Below are positions 23,285-32,694 of a stretch of 64,000 bases of DNA, piece by piece. The notes below the pieces were generated by a model that was not told the DNA's origin, did no database searches, and saw only the letters and a program-made list of their open reading frames with translations. Source of the DNA: an uncultured delta proteobacterium (GTDB lineage Bacteria; Desulfobacterota; Desulfobaccia; Desulfobaccales; 0-14-0-80-60-11); the NCBI GenBank assembly GCA_963812015.1, contig CAWETI010000003.1, positions 608,001 through 672,000 of the forward strand. The letters are read 5' to 3'. The translations under genes were made by a program, and so were the position numbers. Numbering within the stretch: the stretch's first letter is position 1; the number at the start of each line of letters is the position of its first letter.

Positions 23285-23782
23285 ATGGCAATTAATTTCA
23301 AACAACAATCATCACTGCTCGAACTGCTCTGTATCATAGTGCTGGCAATTCTTGGCGTGGCTATTTCATATTATTATGATTTTATTGAGGAAATGTATAT
23401 ATGGTCCGTACTTCATAAATCACACCTTATTGACGAGTTAGTCGTACTCCTTATCGTCCTGACCTTTGGTCTGGCTATTTTTTCCTTTCGGCGATGGCGG
23501 GAACAGATTAGAAAACACTCTGAATTGAAACGATTAATGTCGGAAAAAGAAAGGATGATCGTAGAACTTCACGAGGCCACCGAAAAAATCAAAATTTTAA
23601 AGGGCTTCTTGCCTATTTGCTCCCATTGTAAAAAAATTCGTAACGATGAGGGTTATTGGCAGCAATTGGAGAAATATATCAGTGAACACTCTGAGGCCCA
23701 ATTCAGTCATGGGATTTGTCCAACCTGTGCGGAGAAACATTATTCTGAGTTATTACCGGGAAAGGATAGTTCGTTGAAATGA
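23285..23782 (+). CDS. Two-TM membrane protein with coiled coil and C-terminal LPICxxCKKIR...SHGICPxC domain
   Basis: Two hydrophobic helices; Cys/His tail of the type found on many deltaproteobacterial signalling proteins; AT-richer than its neighbours. Confidence 0.7.
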   Translation: MAINFKQQSSLLELLCIIVLAILGVAISYYYDFIEEMYIWSVLHKSHLIDELVVLLIVLTFGLAIFSFRRWREQIRKHSELKRLMSEKERMIVELHEATEKIKILKGFLPICSHCKKIRNDEGYWQQLEKYISEHSEAQFSHGICPTCAEKHYSELLPGKDSSLK

Positions 23783-23901
23783 TGCAGTGTGCACCGGATA
23801 ATTCTTGGCCTGATTTTGCAGGAACAACCCGGAAGATGCCGGGCGAGTGGGATCTATTTTTTTGGGGAAAGCGTGACCAGTTGGTCATTTAAGGAGAGGG
23901 C

Positions 23902-25008
23902 ATGGCAGGTATCCAGGGTTTCACTGATAAACGACTTTATCCCATCTATGACAAAGTGGCATCTCAAGAGCGTCTCTCCCGGGAAGACGGTTGCGCCCTG
24001 TTCGAGAGCCCCGATCTTTTGGGGGTGGGGCGTCTGGCCCAGATAGTGCGGGAGCGCCTCCATGGCCGCCGGGCTTTCTATATCTATAATCAGCATATCA
24101 ACTACTCCAATATCTGTATCAATGGCTGCAAGTTTTGCGCGTTCGGGCGCAAGGCGGGAGAACCGGGGGCCTATGAGATGAGCCTCCCGGAGATTTTTGA
24201 CAAGGTGGAGGCAAGGGCGCATGAGCCGATCACTGAAATTCATATCGTGGGCGGCTGTCATCCCGATCTGCCATTCGCTTACTATGTGGATATGCTCCGG
24301 GGCATCAAGGCCCGGCGTCCGGAGGTCCATCTCCAGGCCTTCACCGCCGTGGAGGTGGCCCACCTGGCCCAGAAGGCCGAAATGAGCGTGGCCGATACCC
24401 TGTCGGCCCTGAAAGAGGCGGGCCTGGGGTCCCTCCCCGGCGGCGGGGCCGAAGTCTTCAGTCCCCGGGTGCGTTCCAGCCTCTGCCCGGAAAAGCTCTC
24501 CCCCGAGGGCTGGGTGGAAGTGGCTCAGGCGGCGCATCGGCTGGATCTCAGCACCAACGCCACCATGCTCTATGGCCACATGGAGAGCGTGGCGGAGCGG
24601 GTGGACCATCTGGTTAGACTGCGCGAAGCCCAGGACGAGACCGGGGGATTTTTGGCCTTCATTCCCCTGGCCTTTCACCCCGCCAACACCGGTCTCAGCG
24701 ATCTTACCGGCCCCAGCGCCATCGACGATCTCAAGACCCTGGCCGTTTCTCGGCTGATGCTGGACAATTTCCCCCACATCAAGGCGTTCTGGGTGATGTT
24801 GGGGCCGAAGCTGTCCCAAATCTCCCTGTGTTTCGGGGTGGATGACGTGGACGGCACGGTGATGGAGGAGCGGATCACCCACATGGCCGGGGCCCAGACG
24901 CCCCAGGGCCTGACCCGCTCCCAACTGCGAGCCCTGATTCGGGAGGCGGGCTGCGTGCCGGTGGAACGGGACACCTTGTACGGGGTGATTGCCGATGAGT
25001 GGCGTTGA
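23902..25008 (+). CDS. mqnE: Aminofutalosine synthase (radical SAM, CofH/MqnE type)
   Basis: NYSNICINGCKFCAF, EIHIVGG, PGGGAE, NATMLYGH, HIKAFW, DGTVMEERI. Confidence 0.9.
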   Translation: MAGIQGFTDKRLYPIYDKVASQERLSREDGCALFESPDLLGVGRLAQIVRERLHGRRAFYIYNQHINYSNICINGCKFCAFGRKAGEPGAYEMSLPEIFDKVEARAHEPITEIHIVGGCHPDLPFAYYVDMLRGIKARRPEVHLQAFTAVEVAHLAQKAEMSVADTLSALKEAGLGSLPGGGAEVFSPRVRSSLCPEKLSPEGWVEVAQAAHRLDLSTNATMLYGHMESVAERVDHLVRLREAQDETGGFLAFIPLAFHPANTGLSDLTGPSAIDDLKTLAVSRLMLDNFPHIKAFWVMLGPKLSQISLCFGVDDVDGTVMEERITHMAGAQTPQGLTRSQLRALIREAGCVPVERDTLYGVIADEWR

Positions 25009-26050
25009 GCACGGCTTGCAGGCCAAGTTGGCGGCCGGGGCGCGGCTGGATTTTCAAGAGGCCTGCCGGCTATGGGACCTGGAACTCCTGACCCTGGGAA
25101 ATTGGGCGGACCGGGTGCGCCGGCGTCTCAACCCCGAGCCCCGGGTTACCTTTGTCATTGATCGGAATATCAACTACACCAACATCTGTGTTTCGGGCTG
25201 CCGTTTCTGCGCCTTTTACCGGCCTCCCGGGTCCGCCGACGGCTACGTCCTGGCGTGGGACACCCTGGCGGCGAAGCTCACGGAACTCAAAACCCACGGC
25301 GGCAGCGGGGTTCTGCTCCAGGGCGGCCTCAACCCCGAGTTGCCCCTGGACTACTACCTGGAACTGGTCGATTTTATCCGGGGCTCCGGCCTGGCGGTGC
25401 ACGGCTTTTCTCCCCCGGAAATTTTTTATCTCGCCGAAAAAAACGCTCTTAGCCTGGAAGAACTGATTCAGCGCCTGATGGACGCAGGGTTGAGCTCCAT
25501 CCCCGGGGGCGGGGCCGAGATCCTGGTGGATCGGGTGCGGCGCCAGATCTCGCCGCAGAAATGCTCCAGCTCCCAGTGGCTGGAGGTCATGGCCGCGGCG
25601 CACCGGCTGGGCTTATCGACCAGCGCCACCATGATGTTCGGACACCTGGAGACCCGGGCGGAGCGGATCGAACACCTCTTCAGGATTCGGGAACTCCAGG
25701 ACGACACCGGCGGCTTCACCGCATTCATCCCCTGGACCTACCAGCCCGGGGGCACAAACCTGACGGGCGAGACCCTGGGCGCGGTGGAATACCTAAAAAT
25801 GCTGGCCATCTCCCGGCTGGTGCTGGACAACGTGCCCCATCTCCAGGTCTCCTGGGTGACCCAGGGGCCCAAGGTGGCCCAGGTGGCCCTGAAATTCGGA
25901 GCCGACGACTTCGGCTCCACCATGCTGGAAGAAAACGTGGTGGCCGCCGCCGGGGTGGGCTTCCGCCTGACGCGGCCCGAAATCGAAACGCTGATCCGCC
26001 AGTCCGGTTACGAGCCGCAGGTGCGGGATCACCGATACAATGTCGAGTGA
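24995..26050 (+). CDS. mqnC: Cyclic dehypoxanthinyl futalosine synthase (radical SAM)
   Basis: DRNINYTNICVSGCRFCAF, LLQGG, ATMMFGH, SWVTQG, DFGSTMLEENVV. Confidence 0.92.
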   Translation: MSGVEHGLQAKLAAGARLDFQEACRLWDLELLTLGNWADRVRRRLNPEPRVTFVIDRNINYTNICVSGCRFCAFYRPPGSADGYVLAWDTLAAKLTELKTHGGSGVLLQGGLNPELPLDYYLELVDFIRGSGLAVHGFSPPEIFYLAEKNALSLEELIQRLMDAGLSSIPGGGAEILVDRVRRQISPQKCSSSQWLEVMAAAHRLGLSTSATMMFGHLETRAERIEHLFRIRELQDDTGGFTAFIPWTYQPGGTNLTGETLGAVEYLKMLAISRLVLDNVPHLQVSWVTQGPKVAQVALKFGADDFGSTMLEENVVAAAGVGFRLTRPEIETLIRQSGYEPQVRDHRYNVE

Positions 26051-26051
26051 A

Positions 26052-26245
26052 TTTCTGGGGGGAGGGCCAGGGCCAACGGCCCTGCCCTCCCCCCAGACCC
26101 CCCTCCCAACCCGTATAAGGGGTTGAGGAAGACGGGCTGAAAGCCCGCCTTCCTCAATTTGAAGAATAAAAATTAAGGGATTGGGGGAGGGGGTAAGGGC
26201 CCCTTACGAAAAAACGGAAAAGCCCTTAGCCCCCTTCCCCCAAAC
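26052..26245. repeat. Composite G/C-run hairpin repeats
   Basis: TCTGGGGGGAGGG-C-CAGGGC..GCCCTG-CCCTCCCCCCAGA, a central hairpin, then a segment shared with 15148-15265. Confidence 0.8.
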
Positions 26246-26258
26246 AACCATAACAACC

Positions 26259-27125
26259 ATGAAACCGAAAATTGCGGTCATAGCCCGGGTGGGGGCGCAT
26301 AAGGCCTTGGAGGTGGCGGGGTTGAGGCCGCGCCGCACCGAGGTTTATGCCACGCCCTATGGCGACAGTCGGCCGGTGCATTGGTTCCGCCAGGGGGGGA
26401 TCGATTTTGTGGTCCTGTCCCGGCACGGGGAGGCGGGTTACGAGATTTCGGCCCCGTTCATCAATGCCCGGGCCAATCTCTATGCCTTGAAGGCGTTGGG
26501 GGTGGCCAAAATTCTGGCCTGGGTGGCCCCGGGCTCGCTCAGGGAGGAGATGGCCCCGGGGGACCTGGTGGCGCCCCACGATGTCTTGGATGAAGGCCGG
26601 GGCGGCCCCCACACCTTTTATCCCGGGGTGGGGTGGGGTTTTATAAGGCACAACCCCCTGTTCTGCCCGGAGTTGAGGGCAGCGATGTTGGGAGCGCTGG
26701 TAGATGTTCCCTTTGTGGTGCATGGCCGGGCGGTCTATGTGGCCACTACCGGGCCGCGCCTGGAGACCGCGGCGGAAATCCGCAAGTTCGGTTGCCTGGG
26801 AGGCGATCTGGTGGGCCAGACCCTGGTCCCCGAGGTCTTTCTGGCCCGGGAACTGGAGTTGTGCTACGCGGCCCTGACCTATGTGGTGAATTATGCCGAA
26901 GGCCTGGTGGATCGGCCCTATCAGCCGGGGGTGCTGTTTGAAGGGCTGGCCACCCCGGAGGAAGCGGCAAGGGTGCGGGCGGTGGAAGCGGCCTTTCCGG
27001 ATCTGGTCCTGAGGCTGCTGCCGGCGATGGCCGGCACGGCGCGGCAATGCCCCTGCCCCCGGCTCATGGAACGCTACCGCCTCCGGGGCGATATCAGTGA
27101 CGACTGGCGCACCTGGGTAAGATAA
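26259..27125 (+). CDS. MTAP/MTIP-family purine nucleoside phosphorylase homolog within the mqn cluster
   Basis: TPYG, SRHG, RANLYALK, GPRLETAAE, VGQTLVPEVFLARELELCY, VVNYA. Confidence 0.85.
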   Translation: MKPKIAVIARVGAHKALEVAGLRPRRTEVYATPYGDSRPVHWFRQGGIDFVVLSRHGEAGYEISAPFINARANLYALKALGVAKILAWVAPGSLREEMAPGDLVAPHDVLDEGRGGPHTFYPGVGWGFIRHNPLFCPELRAAMLGALVDVPFVVHGRAVYVATTGPRLETAAEIRKFGCLGGDLVGQTLVPEVFLARELELCYAALTYVVNYAEGLVDRPYQPGVLFEGLATPEEAARVRAVEAAFPDLVLRLLPAMAGTARQCPCPRLMERYRLRGDISDDWRTWVR

Positions 27126-27149
27126 GTTGAGGCTAATAAAAATATCAGC

Positions 27150-27281
27150 TGAGGGAGGGGGCCAGGGGCACCCGCCCCTGCCCCCTCCCTCAGGCTCCCT
27201 CCCCCAACCCCTTACAGAGGGATGGGAGGGGTGTTTGAGGGGAGGGCGGGGGACTTTCCGTCCCCCGGTCCTCCCCTCAAA
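27150..27281. repeat. Full three-hairpin G/C-run repeat
   Basis: TGAGGGAGGGGG-C-CAGGGGC..GCCCCTG-CCCCCTCCCTCA / CCCCTTACAGAGGG / TTTGAGGGGAGG...CCTCCCCTCAAA. Confidence 0.85.
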
Positions 27282-27289
27282 GAGAAAAT

Positions 27290-28489
27290 ATGATCGCGCA
27301 CGTAAGTAAATGGGTTTTGCCAGTAGATCAGCCTCCCATCCGGGACGGGGCGGTGGTGGTGGCCGGGGACCGGATCGCCGCGGTGGGGCCCGCGGATGAA
27401 GTTTTGTCCGGGTTCACGGGGTTGATCTGCGAACACGGTCATGGCGCCATCCTGCCCGGGGTGGTGAACTGCCACGTCCATCTGGAGTTTTCCGCTCTGG
27501 CCGGGCGGGTGGCCCCCCGGGCGCGCTGGGAGGACTGGCTGGACGCCACCCTGGCGGCCTACGGGGCCCTGGCTCCGGAAGAGGTGGAGGCCGGTATCGG
27601 CCGGGGCATTGACGCCTTGTGGCGGAGCGGCGCGGTATTGGTGGGGGAGGTCACCAACACCGGGGCTTCCTGGCCGCACCTGGCGCGGGGTCCCTTGTCA
27701 TACCACCTGTTCTATGAGTGCCTGGGGTTCAACCTGCTGGAACGGTTTGATCTTCCGGAGTTATTTCCCTTTTTCGGCCGGCCCGAGGTCGCGGCCGCGG
27801 CCTGGGTTTCGGCCGCGGCCCATGCCCCTTATTCCGTGTCCGCCGCTTTATTCCGGGCCGTAGATCAGTGGAACGCCGTCCGACAGGGCCTCCAGATGGT
27901 GCACCTGGCGGAATCCCGGGCGGAATTGGACTTTCTGGCCAAGGGCAACGGGTTTTGCGAGGGCTTGCTGAAACGCCGGGGCCGCTGGGCGCCGGATTTT
28001 CAGCCTCCCGGGGTGAGCCCCCCGGCTTACCTCAACAGTCTGGAATTCCTGGGCTCCCGGACCCTAGCGGTCCATGGGGCCTGGCTCAATTCTGAGGATT
28101 GCGAGCTTTTAGCCGGCACCGGGACCTGGCTGGTGCTGTGCCCCCGGGCCAACCGGTACACCGGGGCCGGGATGCCGCCGGTGCCGGAGTTGCTCCAGGC
28201 GGGGGTGAACCTGTCCCTGGGCACCGACTCCCTGGCGGGCAACCGGGACCTGAATCTGTTCGGGGAAATGCTCTGGCTCCAGCAAAATTATCCCGCCTAC
28301 CCCGGGGATCTCTGGCTGCGCCTGGGGACCCTGAACGGCGCCCGGGCCCTGGGACGGGACCGGGACTTCGGCAGTCTGGAACCCGGGAAACACGCGGCCC
28401 TGGGATTCATTCCCCTGATGGAGAGCGGGGAATTTTGGGGCGAGCTGTTTAGGGCCGGGGCGGCGGGGAAGTGGCGCTGGCTGGGATGA
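27290..28489 (+). CDS. Amidohydrolase, probable aminodeoxyfutalosine deaminase
   Basis: NCHVHLE, HAPYS, HLAES, VHG, LGTDS motifs; located in the mqn cluster. Confidence 0.8.
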   Translation: MIAHVSKWVLPVDQPPIRDGAVVVAGDRIAAVGPADEVLSGFTGLICEHGHGAILPGVVNCHVHLEFSALAGRVAPRARWEDWLDATLAAYGALAPEEVEAGIGRGIDALWRSGAVLVGEVTNTGASWPHLARGPLSYHLFYECLGFNLLERFDLPELFPFFGRPEVAAAAWVSAAAHAPYSVSAALFRAVDQWNAVRQGLQMVHLAESRAELDFLAKGNGFCEGLLKRRGRWAPDFQPPGVSPPAYLNSLEFLGSRTLAVHGAWLNSEDCELLAGTGTWLVLCPRANRYTGAGMPPVPELLQAGVNLSLGTDSLAGNRDLNLFGEMLWLQQNYPAYPGDLWLRLGTLNGARALGRDRDFGSLEPGKHAALGFIPLMESGEFWGELFRAGAAGKWRWLG

Positions 28490-28509
28490 ACTGATAATGA
28501 GGCGGAAGG

Positions 28510-28538
28510 GTAGGGGCGGGTTTTAAACCCGCCCCTAC
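28510..28538. repeat. GTAG-type REP palindrome
   Basis: GTAGGGGCGGGTTTTAAACCCGCCCCTAC; degenerate copy at 43547-43575. Confidence 0.8.
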
Positions 28539-28610
28539 AGAACCACGGATCGATTATTTTAAGGCTACAACAATATTGACAGAGCGAACCATGGATAAAG
28601 GGAGACACCC

Positions 28611-29444
28611 ATGATGGCCAAGGCCCGATTGGGGCGCATTGCGTATCTCAACGTGCTGCCCATCTATTTCGCCCTGGAAAACCTCTTCGGCGAAAACGGC
28701 TTCCACCTGGTGCGGGGCACCCCGGCGGAGCTCAACGCCTTGATGCGCCGGGGCGAGGTGGACCTGGGCTCCATCTCCGCCATGGAATATGGCCGCGCCT
28801 GGCGGGATTATTTCCTGCTCCCCGACCTGTCCATCAGTTCCAAGGGGGCGGTGGGCAGCGTGCTCCTGTTCAGCCGGGTGCCGTTTTCCCGACTGGACGG
28901 GCGGACCATCCGGGTGAGCGCTGCTTCGGCCAGCGGCGCGGCGCTGGTCAAGGTCCTGATGGCCAAACTTTTTGAGGTGCAGCCCCGCTACGAACAGGGC
29001 CAACTGGCCGATGCTTCCCTTGCGGATGCTGCCGCAGTCATGGCCATCGGGGACGAGGCCTTGCGCCTGAAAGCCGCGGGGGCCATGCCCTTTGAATTGG
29101 ACCTGGGGAAGGCCTGGCAGGAACTCACCGGCCTGCCGTTCGTGTTCGGGGTCTGGGCCGTGCGCCGGGACTTTACCGCAGCTCACCCCGCGGACACCGC
29201 TATCCTGCACCGCCTGCTGCTCCGCTCCCGGGATTGGGGCCTGGGGTCGTTGGCGGAGTTGAGCCGGATCGCCGCGGCCCCCTTCGGCATGGCCCCGGCC
29301 CAAATTCTGGCGTATTTCCATCAGCTCAATTTCTTCCTGGGCCCGGAACACGAAGAAGGTCTGGCCACCTTCTTCCATTATCTGTATAACCTGGGGGAAT
29401 TGGACGAGGCGCCGCGGCTGGAGTATTTTGGGGGAGGGGGCTAA
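28611..29444 (+). CDS. mqnA: Chorismate dehydratase
   Basis: GRIAYLNVLPIY, GAVGSVLL, IGDEAL, DLGKAWQELTGLPFVFGVW. Confidence 0.9.
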   Translation: MMAKARLGRIAYLNVLPIYFALENLFGENGFHLVRGTPAELNALMRRGEVDLGSISAMEYGRAWRDYFLLPDLSISSKGAVGSVLLFSRVPFSRLDGRTIRVSAASASGAALVKVLMAKLFEVQPRYEQGQLADASLADAAAVMAIGDEALRLKAAGAMPFELDLGKAWQELTGLPFVFGVWAVRRDFTAAHPADTAILHRLLLRSRDWGLGSLAELSRIAAAPFGMAPAQILAYFHQLNFFLGPEHEEGLATFFHYLYNLGELDEAPRLEYFGGGG

Positions 29445-29560
29445 GGGCACCCGCCCTTACCCCCTCCCCCAATCCCCCTCCCCCAATCCCTTAAAGGGGG
29501 ATGGGAGGGGAGTTTGAGGGGAGGGTGGGGGACGCGAGTCCCCCACCCTCCCCTCAAAAA
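29427..29560. repeat. Full three-hairpin G/C-run repeat containing the mqnA stop codon
   Basis: TTGGGGGAGGGGG-C-TAAGGGC..GCCCTTA-CCCCCTCCCCCAA / CCCTTAAAGGG / TTTGAGGGGAGGGTGGGGGAC..GTCCCCCACCCTCCCCTCAAAA. Confidence 0.85.
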
Positions 29561-29576
29561 CACCAAGGAAAACCAC

Positions 29577-31022
29577 ATGGGCTATCGAAACTTACAAGAT
29601 TTTATCGCCCGGCTGGAAAAGACCGGGGAGTTGGTGCGCATCAAGGAGCCGGTGAGCCCGTATCTTACCATCACCGAGATCACCGACCGGGTGTGCAAGG
29701 CCGGGGGGCCGGCCTTGTTGTTCGAGGAGGTGCCGGGCTACGACATGCCGGTGTTGATGAACGCCTTCGGGTCCATGCGGCGCATGTGTCTGGCGTTGGA
29801 GGTGGAGTCCCTGGACGACATCGCCACGGACCTCCTGAGCTTCATGGAGGCGGAAGCCAACACCCTGATGAAGAAGCTCAAACTCATTCCCAAACTGGCC
29901 CGCCTGGGCCGGATGTTCCCCAAAGAGGTGGGGAAAGCCCCGTGCCAGGAGGTTATCCTCACAGGCGAGGACGCGGATCTGGGCAAGGTGCCGGTCCTGA
30001 CCTGCTGGCCCGATGACGGCGGCCCCTTCATCACCCTGCCGGTGGTGTTCACCCATCATCCTGAGACCGGGCGGCGCAACGTGGGCATGTACCGCCTCCA
30101 GGTCTATGACGCCCGGACCACGGGCATGCACTGGCATGCCCATAAGGGCGGGGCCCAGCACTATCGGGTGGCGGAATCCCGGGGGGAGGCCCTGCCGGTG
30201 GCGGTGGCCATCGGGCCCGACCCCGCGGTGACCTATGCGGCCACTGCGCCCCTGCCGGAGGATATTGATGAGATCCTGTTCGCCGGGTTTCTCAGGGGAG
30301 AGCCGGTGGAGATGGCGCCCTGCGTCACCCAGCCCTTGAGCGTGCCGGCGGCATCCCAGATCGTTTTAGAGGGTTACGTTGAGCCGGGGGAGAGGCGGAC
30401 AGAAGGCCCCTTCGGCGACCACACCGGCTACTACTCCCTGGCGGATGACTACCCGGTGTTCCACCTCACCGCCATCACCCGGCGGCGGCACCCCGTTTAC
30501 CCCGCCACCATCGTGGGGCGCCCCCCCATGGAAGACTGCTTCATGGCCAAGGCCACGGAGCGTATCTTCTTCCCCCTGATGAAAAAGACGCTGCCGGAGA
30601 TGGTGGACCTCAACCTGCCGGTGGAAGGGGTCTTCCACAACCTGGCCTTTATCTCCATCGACAAGCGCTATCCCGGCCATGCCCGCAAGGTGATGCACGC
30701 CATCTGGGGGATGGGACAGATGATGTTCACCAAGATCATCATCATCTATGACCGGGACGTGGACGTGCAGGACCTGTCTCAGGTGCTGTGGCGGTTAGGG
30801 AACAACGTGGACCCGCGGCGGGACGTGGTGTTCGCCGACGGGCCGGTGGACGCCCTGGATCACGCCTCGCCCCTGCCCCGCTACGGCTCCAAGATGGGGA
30901 TCGACGCCACCCGGAAATGGCCTGAGGAAGGGTTCACCCGCCCCTGGCCCGAGGTGATTGTCATGGACCCGGAAATCAAACGCAAGGTGGATGAACTGTG
31001 GCCGCGCCTGGGGCTGGCATGA
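29577..31022 (+). CDS. ubiD: UbiD-family menaquinone biosynthesis decarboxylase (MqnL-like)
   Basis: RNVGMYR, EGPFGDHTGYY, VGRPPMED, KMGIDAT. Confidence 0.92.
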   Translation: MGYRNLQDFIARLEKTGELVRIKEPVSPYLTITEITDRVCKAGGPALLFEEVPGYDMPVLMNAFGSMRRMCLALEVESLDDIATDLLSFMEAEANTLMKKLKLIPKLARLGRMFPKEVGKAPCQEVILTGEDADLGKVPVLTCWPDDGGPFITLPVVFTHHPETGRRNVGMYRLQVYDARTTGMHWHAHKGGAQHYRVAESRGEALPVAVAIGPDPAVTYAATAPLPEDIDEILFAGFLRGEPVEMAPCVTQPLSVPAASQIVLEGYVEPGERRTEGPFGDHTGYYSLADDYPVFHLTAITRRRHPVYPATIVGRPPMEDCFMAKATERIFFPLMKKTLPEMVDLNLPVEGVFHNLAFISIDKRYPGHARKVMHAIWGMGQMMFTKIIIIYDRDVDVQDLSQVLWRLGNNVDPRRDVVFADGPVDALDHASPLPRYGSKMGIDATRKWPEEGFTRPWPEVIVMDPEIKRKVDELWPRLGLA

Positions 31023-31624
31023 ACCGCTATGTGGTGGCCCTCACCGGGGCTTCGGGCATGATCTATGCCCGGGAGCTGTTGAGTTATTTTGCCGGCCGTC
31101 CGGACCTGGAATTGCACGCGGTGATCTCCGGGGCCGGGGAACAGGTGTTGGACCTGGAGTTGGGGCTCAAGCCGGCGGAGTTGGCCCCCGGGGCCATCTG
31201 GCACCGGGTGGATGACTTCACCTCAGGCCTGGCCAGCGGCTCTTTCCGGGCCCGGGCCATGGTGGTGGCGCCGTGCTCCATGGGCTCCCTGGGGGCCATC
31301 GCCCAGGGGGTGGGCCGCAACCTGATCCACCGGGCCGGTGAGGTCTTTCTCAAGGAGCGGCGGCCCCTAATTCTGGTGGTAAGAGAAACTCCTTTGAGCC
31401 TCATCCATCTGCGCAACCTGGTCCAGGCCTCGGAGGCGGGGGCCACCATCTTTCCGGCCTGTCCCGGTTTCTATCACCGGCCCCAAGATCTTACCGAACT
31501 GGCCCGCCAGTTTGCCGGGCGCATCCTGGATCACCTGGGGCTGGAGCACCGGTTGACCCGGCGCTGGGGGGAGGAGGAGAAAGCAGGGGTCAGGGGTCAG
31601 GGGTCAGGGGTCAGGGAAAAATAG
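31019..31624 (+). CDS. ubiX: Flavin prenyltransferase
   Basis: ALTGASG, ASGS, APCSMGSL, LKERRPLILVVRETP, PGFY. Confidence 0.93.
   Translation: MNRYVVALTGASGMIYARELLSYFAGRPDLELHAVISGAGEQVLDLELGLKPAELAPGAIWHRVDDFTSGLASGSFRARAMVVAPCSMGSLGAIAQGVGRNLIHRAGEVFLKERRPLILVVRETPLSLIHLRNLVQASEAGATIFPACPGFYHRPQDLTELARQFAGRILDHLGLEHRLTRRWGEEEKAGVRGQGSGVREK
31584..31616 (+). repeat. Heptamer tandem repeat (CAGGGGT) x4 plus a partial unit
   Basis: Seen directly at the 3' end of ubiX. Confidence 0.85.
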
Positions 31625-31638
31625 AGTTTTTTGTAGCT

Positions 31639-32499
31639 ATGGGACGATTATTCCGCACTATCATTGAACTGTTGGAGATGATCAAGGTCGGCCACAGCGT
31701 CCTGGCCCTGCCCTTCGCCTTCATGGGGGCCGTGATGGCGGCTCGGGGTTTGCCGGACGGCCGGACCCTGTTCACCATCATGGTGGCCATGGTGGGGGCC
31801 CGGAGCGCCGCGATGGCCTTCAATCGCTTGGCGGACGCCCGCATTGACGCGGCCAATCCCCGTACCGCCGACCGGGCCCTGCCCGCGGGCAAGATCAGTC
31901 GGCGGGCCACCATTCTGTTCATCGGGGCGAGCGCCGTCCTCTTCATGGCGGCGGCGGCCCAACTCAACCGGGTCTGCTTCGCCCTGTCTCCCCTGGCCCT
32001 CATGGTGATCCTGGGGTATTCCCTCACCAAGCGGTTTACCAGTGCCTCCCACCTCATTCTGGGGTTGAGCCTGGGACTGGCCCCGGTGGGGGGGTGGCTG
32101 GCGGTCCGGGGCGACCTGAGTCTGGAGGTCCTGGTCCTGGCCGGGGCGGTGCTCTTTTGGGTAGCGGGTTTCGATGTCCTCTATGCCCTGCAGGACGAGG
32201 AGTTCGACCGGCGGGCGGGGCTTTTTTCCCTGCCGGCCCGGGTCGGGCCGACCTGGGCCCGACGGTTGGCGGCTCTCTGCCACCTGGCGGCAGCCCTGGG
32301 TTTTGCCGTCACCGGCCGGCTGGCCGAGTTGGGCCCTCTCTATGCCGGGGCCGTAATAGCAAGTTCTTTGATCCTGCTCGTGCAACACCTGATGTTAGCC
32401 GCCCGGGAGCCGCGAAGCCTGCCTCCCGCCTTCTTTACCCTCAACGGCCTGGTGGGCCTTGGCCTGGGCCTGGCCACCTGGATCAGTCTGGCGGTCTGA
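31639..32499 (+). CDS. ubiA: UbiA-family prenyltransferase (MqnP-like)
   Basis: HSVLALPFA, RSAAMAFNRLADARIDAANPRT, YSLTKRFT, FDVLYALQD. Confidence 0.9.
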   Translation: MGRLFRTIIELLEMIKVGHSVLALPFAFMGAVMAARGLPDGRTLFTIMVAMVGARSAAMAFNRLADARIDAANPRTADRALPAGKISRRATILFIGASAVLFMAAAAQLNRVCFALSPLALMVILGYSLTKRFTSASHLILGLSLGLAPVGGWLAVRGDLSLEVLVLAGAVLFWVAGFDVLYALQDEEFDRRAGLFSLPARVGPTWARRLAALCHLAAALGFAVTGRLAELGPLYAGAVIASSLILLVQHLMLAAREPRSLPPAFFTLNGLVGLGLGLATWISLAV

Positions 32500-32536
32500 A
32501 CTTGGATTTTTTTTCAGCATCTTCAAGATTTTATCC

Positions 32537-32566
32537 TTGACAAAGATTTTTCTTGCAACTTATAAT
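32537..32566 (+). promoter_or_regulatory. Consensus sigma70 promoter for the OMP pair
   Basis: TTGACA-18 nt-TATAAT. Confidence 0.75.
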
Positions 32567-32694
32567 GGAGTCGCCCTCAATGGGGTGAAGAGGAAAGGTC
32601 TTGAATAGTGAGGAAGCAGGGGAATAGGTAAAAGAAACTTCGTCCGAATTCAAGATCACAAAATGTGTTTAAAAAATTAAGGGGGGGACCAAAC

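Noticed and set aside
23902..26050. F420 biosynthesis cofG/cofH
   Set aside because: The motifs and the neighbouring mqnA, ubiD, ubiX and ubiA genes point to MqnE and MqnC.
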